Part shown: positions 1 through 8,405 of the stretch, in pieces
Position numbering within the stretch: the stretch's first letter is position 1
How the letters are laid out: every line of letters begins with the position of its first letter
DNA from: Longivirga aurantiaca
GTDB taxonomy: Bacteria; Actinomycetota; Actinomycetes; S36-B12; CAIYMF01
NCBI RefSeq assembly: GCF_042660085.1
Contig: NZ_JBHSTI010000052.1
Span: 1-21,144, forward strand
DNA length: 21,144 nt
Direction: 5' to 3'
Translations under genes and position numbers: made by a program
Notes under the pieces: model-generated
The model's input: only the letters and a program-made list of their open reading frames with translations
What the model was told of the DNA's origin: nothing
Databases searched by the model: none

Positions 1-1284
1 CTGACGATCGACACCGCCGTGCTCAGCGACGGCAACCACGAGATCTCGGCGGTGCTGTGCTCCGCCGACGGCGGCACGTGCGACACCGCGTCCCCCTCCA
101 ACGCCTCGACCATCACCGTGCAGCGGCTGCGGCCGACGGTGCGCGTGAGCCCGAGCGTCATCAGCCCGAACGCCGACGGCCGGCGCGACAGCACCGTGGT
201 GACGTACACGTTCGAGCAGAAACAGGGCGGCGCGCTGCGCGTGAAGACCGCGAGCGGCACCGTGGTGCGTACGGTCAACCTCACCCCGAGGGCCGCCGAC
301 ACCTACACCTGGACGTGGAACGGCCGGAACACCGCGGGCACGGTCGTGCCCAACGGCACGTACACCGTCGAGGTCGTCACCACGAGCGTGATCGACACGG
401 TCACGTGGAAGGGCGCTGCCACCGCGAAGGTGACGATCGACAAGACCAAGCCGGTCGCGTCGTCCGTGGTGCCGTCGTCGCCGAGCTACTACCCCATGGT
501 CGACGGCTACCGCGACACGTCCTCGCTCGGCGCGACGTCGAACGAGGCGGTCAGCGCCTTCGCGGTCTACATCTACAACAGCAGCGGCCTGCGCATCCGC
601 ACGATCACGGGGGGCGCCAAGCCGGCTGGTCGCGTCGCCGCCCTCTGGAACGGCAAGACCAACTCCGGCGCCCGCCCGCCGGCCGGCACCTACGCGTTCC
701 AGGTGATGCTCCAGGACGTCGCGGGCAACCAGACGCTGTCGGCCAAGGGCCGCGTCACGATCTCGTGGAAGTCCTTGAAGGCGAGGACCGCCACCAGGAC
801 GATCCCGGCGATGACGACGACGTTGGGATACGTGGCGGACAACGTCTGCAACTTCGTCTTCTCCAACGCACGTCCCGGCGTCTGGCCGAGCACCTCTATC
901 GCCTACGAGAGCCGCGACCCGGAGAACTGCGCCACGAACGGCACCGGCGACATCGCCTTCACCCTCAGCCAGTACACGCTGCCGGCCGCTCTCAAGTACG
1001 GGACCGTGTCGGTGTCGACGTACGGCGGTGGGAGCACCTCCGGCCTGCTGTGGACCCACGAGGCCGACCAGGGCGAGATCGACTACGTCCTGAAGGACGG
1101 CGAGACGATCGGCGTCTACCGCACGCTGAGCTCGGGAACCACGACGCATGCCGGTCCCACCGTGAAGGCGGCGGACTACCTGGTGAAGGGTCGCACCATC
1201 ACGTGGTGGATGGGCTCGGCCGACGGCAACTGGTACGACGTCCGCGACTTCACCATCACCTGGACGTACTACGTGCTGGCCTAG
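1..1284 (+). CDS. Secreted/cell-surface protein with FlgD-like Ig repeat modules, 3' portion only (5' end outside the window)
   Basis: Frame 1 is open from base 1 (LTIDTAVLSDGNHE...), so the listed start at 19 is internal. It has two related modules, 'SPSVISPNADGRRDSTVVTYTFE...WTWNGRNTAGTVVPNGTYTVEV' and 'SPSYYPMVDGYRDTSSLGATSNE...ALWNGKTNSGARPPAGTYAFQV', typical of FlgD-Ig/'SPNGDGxRD' repeats. A less recognisable ~165-aa C-terminal part follows. TAG stop at 1282-1284. Confidence 0.8.
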   Translation: MTIDTAVLSDGNHEISAVLCSADGGTCDTASPSNASTITVQRLRPTVRVSPSVISPNADGRRDSTVVTYTFEQKQGGALRVKTASGTVVRTVNLTPRAADTYTWTWNGRNTAGTVVPNGTYTVEVVTTSVIDTVTWKGAATAKVTIDKTKPVASSVVPSSPSYYPMVDGYRDTSSLGATSNEAVSAFAVYIYNSSGLRIRTITGGAKPAGRVAALWNGKTNSGARPPAGTYAFQVMLQDVAGNQTLSAKGRVTISWKSLKARTATRTIPAMTTTLGYVADNVCNFVFSNARPGVWPSTSIAYESRDPENCATNGTGDIAFTLSQYTLPAALKYGTVSVSTYGGGSTSGLLWTHEADQGEIDYVLKDGETIGVYRTLSSGTTTHAGPTVKAADYLVKGRTITWWMGSADGNWYDVRDFTITWTYYVLA

Positions 1285-1335
1285 CCGCCGTCAGCGACGG
1301 CGTCGGACCTTCGGGGGGTCCGGAGACGTCGCCGT

Positions 1336-2961
1336 TCACGCCGCCTGATCGTCGTAGCGGGAGCCGATCTCGGCCGTGATGCTGGAGCCGTCTACCCCGC
1401 CGGTCACGGCGGCCAGGAAGTCGGCGCCGCGCAGCACCAGCACCCGCAGCGGGCTCTCGGCGGTCACCGTCGCCGTCCTCGTCGTGTGCCGCAGGAGCGC
1501 CACCTCACCGAAGTAGTCGCCCGGGCCGAGCAGCCCGCTCTTGCGGACCCCGTCGACGGTGATCGACACCTCGCCGGCGCCGATCACGAAGAACTCACGC
1601 CCCAGGTCGCCCTGGCGCAGCACCACGACACCGGCCTCGAGCTCGACCCAGCGGCTGTTGCGAGCGAGCCGCTCGACGTCGTACGGCGGGAGCTCGGCGA
1701 GGAACTCCACCTGCCGGAGCAGGTCGAGCTCGGCGGGGAGGTAGCGCGCCCGCTTCTCGAGACGCCGCACGGGGATGGTGCACGCGACCGCGACGAGGGC
1801 GACGCCGACCCCGAGCGGAACCCATGCCTGGCCCGCGCCGAACCGGTCGATGAGCAAGGGCGCCAGCAGCGCCCCGAGCGCCGAGCCGAGCAGGGCCGTG
1901 CTCTCCTGGACGGCGAACACGCGCGCGAGGATGCGGTCGTCGGTGGAGCGCTGCAGGAGCGTGCGTCCGGCGACGACCGTCGCCGCGCCGCCGAGCCCCG
2001 TCAGCGCCAGTGTCACGGCCGCGGGGACGAGCAGGCCCCACACGGGAACGAGGGCGAACGCGACACCCTCGAGCACCGCACCCCAGACGACCACGCGGGC
2101 GAGCCGCCGTCCGTGCGAGAGCCAGGCGCCCACGAAGGCACCGAGGAGGCCGCCGATGCCGAGCGAGCCGATGAGCAGTCCCGCGCCGTCCTCCGCCAGG
2201 TCGAGCACGTCCTTCGCGTAGGCGACGCCCAGGATGTCGAGCGCCCCGGTCACGACGAAGTCGATCGCGAGCACGAGCAGCAGTGCGAGCGATGCCCAGT
2301 CGCGCCAGAGCGAGATGAGCCCGCCGAGCGCCCCACGCAGGCCCGACTCCTCGTCGTCCGCGGCCGCGGGAGCCGACAGCCCCAGCCGCAGGCACAGCAG
2401 CGGCGGGAGGATGGCGACGGCCACGGCGACCGCCATCGCCGTGGTGGGCCCGGACCCGGCGACGAGCACGCCCGCCACCACCGGCCCGATGAACCGCGTC
2501 GACCCGTCGAGCACCGAAGACAGGGAGTTCGCCGACACGAGCTGCGCCGGCGCCGAGGCCAGCTGCGGCAGCGCGGCGAAGTGGATGGGCCGCACGACCG
2601 CGATGGCGGTGGTCAGCAGCGTCGAGGCGCCGATGACGACCGCGGTCGACGCGTCGGCGGCGAGCGCGGCCCAGGTGACGGCGGAGAGGACCGCGACCAG
2701 GCCGTGCGCGAGGGCGAGCGCCGTGCCACGCGGCAGCCGGTCGCCGATGCCCGCGAGGGCCGGCCCGAGCAGGGCGGCCGGGACCAGCTGGACGACCGCG
2801 GCGACGCCCGCGAGGCCTGCGCCGCCGCGGTCGAAGGCCCAGAGGATGATGGTCAGCCAGGCGTAGAACTCGATGAAGTCGTACACCGCGTAGGCGGCAA
2901 GCACCCGCCGCATCCCCGTACGCGAGGTCAGTGCGGCGAACACGCTCGGCGTTCCCCGCAT
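1336..2961 (-). CDS. MFS transporter with C-terminal cyclic-nucleotide-binding-like domain
   Basis: Hydrophobic N-terminal ~400 aa with MFS-type features ('GIGDRLPRGTALALAHG'). C-terminal cNBD signature: 'LRQGDLGREFFVIGAGEVSITVDG...LGPGDYFGEVALLRHTTRTATVTAESPLRVLVL'. The track ORF runs to 2991. The start at 2961 (MRGTPSVF) is my preference and is uncertain. Confidence 0.88.
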   Translation of the reverse strand: MRGTPSVFAALTSRTGMRRVLAAYAVYDFIEFYAWLTIILWAFDRGGAGLAGVAAVVQLVPAALLGPALAGIGDRLPRGTALALAHGLVAVLSAVTWAALAADASTAVVIGASTLLTTAIAVVRPIHFAALPQLASAPAQLVSANSLSSVLDGSTRFIGPVVAGVLVAGSGPTTAMAVAVAVAILPPLLCLRLGLSAPAAADDEESGLRGALGGLISLWRDWASLALLLVLAIDFVVTGALDILGVAYAKDVLDLAEDGAGLLIGSLGIGGLLGAFVGAWLSHGRRLARVVVWGAVLEGVAFALVPVWGLLVPAAVTLALTGLGGAATVVAGRTLLQRSTDDRILARVFAVQESTALLGSALGALLAPLLIDRFGAGQAWVPLGVGVALVAVACTIPVRRLEKRARYLPAELDLLRQVEFLAELPPYDVERLARNSRWVELEAGVVVLRQGDLGREFFVIGAGEVSITVDGVRKSGLLGPGDYFGEVALLRHTTRTATVTAESPLRVLVLRGADFLAAVTGGVDGSSITAEIGSRYDDQAA

Positions 2962-3228
2962 GGCCACCTGTCCTGAGCGCCCGCCGCCCATCGGCGGGAC
3001 CTGCAGGGATCATGTCGAGGCTGGCGGCCGCGGGCCACCGGTTCGCGCAGGTTCGGCAGCTCTCCTCGTCGTCCACGCGCACCGCCGGGGCCGGGCAGCG
3101 GCTCCCTCGTGACGTCCGTGTGACGGAATGGTGGAACTGGTCACGCGCTGTCACCGGGCGCGCTAGCGTCCCGCCTGGTCACGCGGGGGCGCAGGTGCCG
3201 CGCGGGCACGTCAGGTGGAGGACGACGG

Positions 3229-4950
3229 ATGTCGGTCGTAGGCGAGGCTCTGCGCGAGACCGGATCGTCGCTGGGGATGGTGTTCCGCAACCCGGCGCTG
3301 CGCAAGCTCAACCTCGCGTTCGCCGGGTCCGCGATCGGCGACTGGGCCTACGCCACGGCCATGGCCGTGTGGGTCTACTCGGTCGGTGGCCTGACTGCCG
3401 TCGGGGTCTGGGGCACGTTGCGCCTCATCATCATGACGTTGGTGACGCCCTTCGCGTCCATCCTCGTCGACCGGTACTCGCGCAAGCGGATCATGGTGTC
3501 CGCCGACCTGCTGCGCGGCGGCGTCATCTTCATCTGCGCGTTCCTCGTGATGACCGAGGCCCCGGTGTGGACGGTGTTCGTGCTCGCGACGCTCACGTCG
3601 GTGTTCGCCGCGCCCTTCCGCCCCGCGGTCGCCGCCCTGCTGCCGCACCTCGTGGAGCGGCCCGAGGAGCTCACGGCGGCGAACGGCACCTCGAGCACCA
3701 TCGACAGCCTGTCGTTCTTCGTCGGCCCGGCCCTCGGCGGCATCCTGCTCACCTTCACGACCATCCCTGTGGTGATGCTCCTCAACGTGGCGACGTTCCT
3801 GTGGTCGGCCGCGCTCGTGGCAACCATCCGCGTGCCGCACCCGTCCGTGGCCCCGGGGCTGATCGGTGCCGAGGATGCGCCCGCGGCGACGGCCGACGGC
3901 CCCGCCGCCGGGGACACGCTCGTCGAAGAGCTCGAGGAGGAGACGGAGACCTTCCTGCAGGAGTCGGTCGCCGGCTTCCGCACGATCTGGGCCAACAAGG
4001 ACCTGCGCCTCGTCTCCCTCGTCTACTGCGCCCAGACCATCGTGGCGGGGGCGTCCGTCGTCTACGGCATCGCGATGGCCGTGGAGATGACGAGCTTCGG
4101 ACCGAACGGCGTGGGCTACCTCGACAGCATGTTCGGTGTCGGCGCGATCATCGGCGGGCTCGTGGCCCTCGGCCGGGCGTCGAAGATGAAGGTGGCGACC
4201 GACTTCGGCTGGGGCGTCATCCTCTGGGCCATCCCGCTGCTGCTCGCGGCGATCTTCCCGCAGGCGTGGGCAGCGCTCCTCGCCGTCGCGATCATGGGCT
4301 TCGGGAACCCGCTGGTCGACGTCAACGCCGTCACCATCGTGCAGCGCCTCGGCGACGACAAGGTGATGGGCCGCATCTTCGGCGCGCTCGAGACCGGGCT
4401 CATCGCGGCGATGGCCCTCGGCTCGGTGCTGATGCCGCTGCTCCTGCACTTCTTCGGTCTGCAGTGGGCGCTCGCGATCCTGGCCATCGGCATCTCGGCT
4501 GTCGTGCTGCCGTTCATGGGCCGGCTGCGCCGGATGAACTCGACCCTGCGCGAGCCGGACGGCCTGCGGCTGCTGCGCGCGCTGCCGCTGTTCGCGCCGC
4601 TCGAGCCCAAGTCCCTCGAGCTCGTCGCCCAGCAGCTGCGCCGCGTCGAGGTGGCCGCTGGCGAGACGGTCATCACCGAGGGCGAGCCCGGCGACCAGTT
4701 CTACGTCGTCGAGTCCGGTGCGCTCACGGCGTCGTTCCACGGCGAGGTGCTCTCCCAGCAGGGGCCCGGCGACCCGTTCGGCGAGATCGCCCTGCTGCGC
4801 GACGTGCCGCGCACGGCCACGGTCGTCGCCGACGAGCCGACCGTGCTCTACAGCCTCGACCGCGACACGTTCCTCGACGCGGTCACCGGCAACAGCGACG
4901 TCAGCGGCCAGGCCGACGACCTCATCGCCCGCCGCATCCCCACCTACTGA
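3229..4950 (+). CDS. MFS transporter with C-terminal cyclic-nucleotide-binding-like domain
   Basis: MFS domain ('LVDRYSRKRIMVSADLLRGG', 'GRASKMKVATDFGWGVI') followed by cNBD 'ITEGEPGDQFYVVESGALTASFHG...GPGDPFGEIALLRDVPRTATVVADEPTVLYSLDRDTFL'. Ribosome-binding site GGAGG just upstream (gtggaggacgacggATG). Confidence 0.92.
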   Translation: MSVVGEALRETGSSLGMVFRNPALRKLNLAFAGSAIGDWAYATAMAVWVYSVGGLTAVGVWGTLRLIIMTLVTPFASILVDRYSRKRIMVSADLLRGGVIFICAFLVMTEAPVWTVFVLATLTSVFAAPFRPAVAALLPHLVERPEELTAANGTSSTIDSLSFFVGPALGGILLTFTTIPVVMLLNVATFLWSAALVATIRVPHPSVAPGLIGAEDAPAATADGPAAGDTLVEELEEETETFLQESVAGFRTIWANKDLRLVSLVYCAQTIVAGASVVYGIAMAVEMTSFGPNGVGYLDSMFGVGAIIGGLVALGRASKMKVATDFGWGVILWAIPLLLAAIFPQAWAALLAVAIMGFGNPLVDVNAVTIVQRLGDDKVMGRIFGALETGLIAAMALGSVLMPLLLHFFGLQWALAILAIGISAVVLPFMGRLRRMNSTLREPDGLRLLRALPLFAPLEPKSLELVAQQLRRVEVAAGETVITEGEPGDQFYVVESGALTASFHGEVLSQQGPGDPFGEIALLRDVPRTATVVADEPTVLYSLDRDTFLDAVTGNSDVSGQADDLIARRIPTY

Positions 4951-4981
4951 GCCGTCGCGAGGACCGGCCGGCGAGCAGCGG

Positions 4982-6649
4982 TCAGGGCAGCCGGACGGTG
5001 CGGTCCAGGGCCGCGACGCCGTGCGGGCGGTGGGCGACCCAGAGCACCGTGCGGCCGGTGAGCGCGCGCAGCAGCTCGGCGGCCACGACCTCTGCCGTGG
5101 CCTCGTCGAGGTGCTCGGTCGGCTCGTCCAGGAGGACGACGGGATGCCCGGCGAGCAGCACCCGCGCGACGCCGAGGCGCTGACGCTGACCGGCCGACAC
5201 GAGCGCGCCGTGGTCGCCGACGGAGGTGTTGAGGCCGCGCGGCTGCGCGTCGAGCCACGGCCCGAGGCCGACGGCGTCGAGCGCGGCCCGCACCTCGTCG
5301 TCGGACGCCTCGGGCTTGGCCAGCCGCACGTTCTCCACCACCGAGGTGTCGAACACGTGCGGCAGCTGCGGGCACCAGCCCACCACCGTGCGGACGTCGG
5401 ACCCGCGCAGGTCGCGGAGCTCGACGTCGCCGAGCCGCACCGAGCCGTCGTACGGCAGGAAGCCGGCGAGCACCGCGAGGAGGGTGGACTTGCCCGAGCC
5501 GGACGAGCCCACGATCGCCACCCGCTCGCCGGGCGCCACGTCGAGCGTGAGGCCCTCGAGCACCTCGGGCCCGCTCGGCCACGATGCCCGCAGGCCGTCG
5601 AGCCGCACGCCGACGACCCCCGTCGGCACCTCGGCGGGCGACTCCGGGTCGGGTACGGGGTCGACGGCGTCGAGCACCTCGACCACGCGCTGCGCCGACC
5701 CGCGCACCCGGCCGAGCGCGAGCGCGGCGGTGGGCATCGCCACGACCGCCTCGTACGTCGCCAGCGGCAGCAGCACGAGCACCGCGAGGTTGACGCCGAC
5801 GAGCTCGCCGGAGCGCACCGCCGGGATCGCGACCAGCAGCATCGCGACGACCGCGCCGCCGGAGAGCAGCACGCCGAGAGCGGAGGCGAGGCCGGATGCG
5901 TTCGCCGACCGCGCTGCGAGCCGGCCGATCCGCCGGTCGTCCTCCGCCAGCCGGTCGAGCCAGGCCGGCGCCGCGCCCGACACGGTCAGGTCGGCCGCGC
6001 CGTCGAGCAGCGTGAGCACGTCGGCGTTGAGCGCACCGCGGGCCGGTGCGCTGGCCCGCTCGGCGTCGGCTGCGGCGCTCGCCGCGATCCACGGCACGAC
6101 GGTCGAGGCGAGGGCCAGCGACACGAGGAGCACCACCGCGGACGCGGGGAGGATGAAGTACGCGAGGACCACCGAGGCGAGCGCGACCAGCGCCCCGGAC
6201 GCGTAGGGCAGGAGCACGCGGAGCGGCAGGTCCTGGGTGGCGTCGACGTCGCGGACGAGGCGCTCGAGGAGGTCGCCGCGGCGGTACGCCGGGACACCTG
6301 CCGGCGCTACGACCGCGAGCCGGTCGTACACCGCGAGCCGCAGCCGCGAGAGCACGCGGAACGCGGCGTCGTGCGACACCATGCGCTCGGCGTACCGGAA
6401 GACGCCCTTGCCGATACCGAACGCGCGGACCCCGACGATCGCGACCTCGAGGGTGAGGATCGGCGGCTGCAGCGCGGCGCTGGAGATGAGCCACGCACTG
6501 GTGGCGAGCAGGCCCACGCCGGACCCGATCGCGAGGAACCCCAGCAGGATCGCGAGCGCGAGCCTGCTGCGCTCGGTCGCCAGCCACGGGAGCAGCCGCC
6601 GCACCGGCGACTGCCCCGCCGCCGGCACCGGAGTGGTCACAGCACTCAC
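4982..6649 (-). CDS. cydC: Thiol reductant ABC exporter subunit CydC (ABC transmembrane plus ATPase domains)
   Basis: Transmembrane domain followed by NBD: Walker A 'IVGSSGSGKSTLL', signature 'VSAGQRQRLGVARVLL', Walker B 'VVLLDEPTEHLDE'. Adjacent to cydD, cydB and cydA. Confidence 0.93.
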   Translation of the reverse strand: MSAVTTPVPAAGQSPVRRLLPWLATERSRLALAILLGFLAIGSGVGLLATSAWLISSAALQPPILTLEVAIVGVRAFGIGKGVFRYAERMVSHDAAFRVLSRLRLAVYDRLAVVAPAGVPAYRRGDLLERLVRDVDATQDLPLRVLLPYASGALVALASVVLAYFILPASAVVLLVSLALASTVVPWIAASAAADAERASAPARGALNADVLTLLDGAADLTVSGAAPAWLDRLAEDDRRIGRLAARSANASGLASALGVLLSGGAVVAMLLVAIPAVRSGELVGVNLAVLVLLPLATYEAVVAMPTAALALGRVRGSAQRVVEVLDAVDPVPDPESPAEVPTGVVGVRLDGLRASWPSGPEVLEGLTLDVAPGERVAIVGSSGSGKSTLLAVLAGFLPYDGSVRLGDVELRDLRGSDVRTVVGWCPQLPHVFDTSVVENVRLAKPEASDDEVRAALDAVGLGPWLDAQPRGLNTSVGDHGALVSAGQRQRLGVARVLLAGHPVVLLDEPTEHLDEATAEVVAAELLRALTGRTVLWVAHRPHGVAALDRTVRLP

Positions 6650-6669
6650 GCCGCACCCCCGGAAGGACG

Positions 6670-6731
6670 CGAGTTACTGCCCAGATGGTCGCTGAAGGGC
6701 GCCCTTCCGCGACCATCTGGGCAGTAACTCG
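6670..6731. repeat. 62-bp near-perfect palindrome (extragenic hairpin) between cydD and cydC
   Basis: CGAGTTACTGCCCAGATGGTCGC-T-GAAGGGCGCCCTTC-C-GCGACCATCTGGGCAGTAACTCG. The 23-bp outer arms are exact reverse complements and the 14-bp core is a perfect palindrome. The only unpaired position is T6693 opposite C6708. Confidence 0.97.
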
Positions 6732-6749
6732 AGGAACTCGAGGGCGGGG

Positions 6750-8402
6750 TCATGCGGGGACTCCGGCGGGCTCGAGGGTGAGCACGGTGTCGCCGGGCTG
6801 GACGAGGCCCGGGCGGTGGGCGACGACGACGACGGCCGATCCCCGGGCGGCGAGCAGCCGAACCGCGGCGACGACGCCGGCCTCGGCCTCGTCGTCGAGA
6901 CCGGCGGTCGGCTCGTCGAGCAGGACGAGCGGCGGCGGGTCGAGGAGCACGCGCGCGAGCGCCACCCGGCGGCGCTGGCCGGCCGAGACGTCGGACGCGA
7001 GGTCGCCCACGCGGGTGGCTGCCCCGTCGGGCAGCGTGGCCGGGTCGAGACCGGCTTCCCGCAGCGCGGCATCGACGGCCGCGTCGGTCGCGGCCGGGCG
7101 CCGCAGCCGTACGTCGTCCGCCACGGTCGGGCCGACGAGCACCGGATCCTGCGCGACCACGCCGAGGCGCGCGCGCCAGACCGTGGCGTCGAGGTCGGCG
7201 AGGTCGGCGTCGCCGACGCGCACCGCACCGCTGGTCGGGGCGACGAACGCCTGCAGCACCGCGAGCAGCGTCGACTTGCCCGCACCCGACGGTCCGACGA
7301 CGGCCGTTACCCTGCCCGGTTCGATCGTGACCGAGCTGGGCAGGAGCGCGACGACCTCGCTGCCCGGGTAGGTCACGCCGACGCCGTCGACCACCATCGG
7401 GCCGGCGGGCACGTCGGTGCGGGTCCCGGTCGTGGCCGGCTCCGTGCCGAGGATCTCGAAGACCTGCTCGGCGGCATCGATCCCGTCGGCGGCGGCGTGG
7501 AACTGCGCGCCGACCATGCGGATGGGCAGGTAGACCTCGGGCGCGAGGATCAGCACGGTCAGGCCGGTCTGCAGGTCGATCTCGCCGTACACGAGCCGGA
7601 TGCCGATCGCGACGGCGACCACGGCCACCGACAGAGACGCCAGCAGCTCGAGGGTGAGCGACGACAGGAACGAGATCCGCAGAACGCCGACGGTCGCCTT
7701 GCGGTAGCGGCGGTCGATCTCGGCCATGCGCTGGGACTGCGCGGTCTCGCGTCGGAACGCCTTGAGGGTCGGCAGGCCCGCCACGACGTCGAGGAAGTGG
7801 CCGGAGAGCACACCGAGCGTCGACCACTGCTTGGCCGTCGCCGACTGCGTGTAGAGGCCGATCAGGATCATGAAGACCGGGATCAGCGGCGCGGTGACGG
7901 CGACGATGACGGCGGCCAGCAGGTCCTGGGTGAGGATCGCGATGCCGACGGTGAGCGGGACGACGACGGCGATGACGAGCTGCGGCAGGTAGCGCGAGAC
8001 GTACGGCTCGACCGAGTCGATGCCGCGCGTGGCGAGGGTGGCGACCTGGCCGCGGCGCTCGCCCGAGAGCCAGACGGGCCCGAGCCGTACGACGTGGGCG
8101 AGCATCGCCGCGCGCAGCTCGCGCGACGTGCGCGTCGCCGACCGCTGCGCGAGGACGTCGCCCAGCCCGGACAGCAGTGCGCGCCCGACCACGATGCCCG
8201 CGAGCAGCGTGATCACGGGCATGACGTCGTCGAGCGCGGCCTCGCCGAGGAACACCTCGGACACGACGTAGCCCAGGCAGAACGCCTGGGCCACGACGAG
8301 TGCTGCGGTGAGGCCTGCCACGACCACCGACCCGAGGAGCAGGCTGCGAACTCCGCGTGCGTAGCGCAGCAGCCTCGGATCGAGTGGTCGGGACACCCCC
8401 AC
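6750..8402 (-). CDS. cydD: Thiol reductant ABC exporter subunit CydD
   Basis: Transmembrane domain plus NBD: Walker A 'VVGPSGAGKSTLL', 'VSAGQRRRVALARVLL', 'LVLLDEPTAGLDDE'. Located directly downstream of cydB. GTG start at 8402 (or 8396). Confidence 0.93.
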   Translation of the reverse strand: MGVSRPLDPRLLRYARGVRSLLLGSVVVAGLTAALVVAQAFCLGYVVSEVFLGEAALDDVMPVITLLAGIVVGRALLSGLGDVLAQRSATRTSRELRAAMLAHVVRLGPVWLSGERRGQVATLATRGIDSVEPYVSRYLPQLVIAVVVPLTVGIAILTQDLLAAVIVAVTAPLIPVFMILIGLYTQSATAKQWSTLGVLSGHFLDVVAGLPTLKAFRRETAQSQRMAEIDRRYRKATVGVLRISFLSSLTLELLASLSVAVVAVAIGIRLVYGEIDLQTGLTVLILAPEVYLPIRMVGAQFHAAADGIDAAEQVFEILGTEPATTGTRTDVPAGPMVVDGVGVTYPGSEVVALLPSSVTIEPGRVTAVVGPSGAGKSTLLAVLQAFVAPTSGAVRVGDADLADLDATVWRARLGVVAQDPVLVGPTVADDVRLRRPAATDAAVDAALREAGLDPATLPDGAATRVGDLASDVSAGQRRRVALARVLLDPPPLVLLDEPTAGLDDEAEAGVVAAVRLLAARGSAVVVVAHRPGLVQPGDTVLTLEPAGVPA

Positions 8403-8405
8403 AGG

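Noticed and set aside
1304-1322. CGGACC...GGTCCG hairpin after the first CDS
   Set aside because: Only a 6-bp stem with no T-rich tail, and its position overlaps the region between closely packed convergent genes. Weak as a terminator call.
4718-6727. 669-aa plus-strand ORF ending inside the 62-bp palindrome
   Set aside because: It overlaps the 3' end of the MFS gene and all of cydC antisense, and has shadow-frame composition. Only its end in the palindrome is notable.
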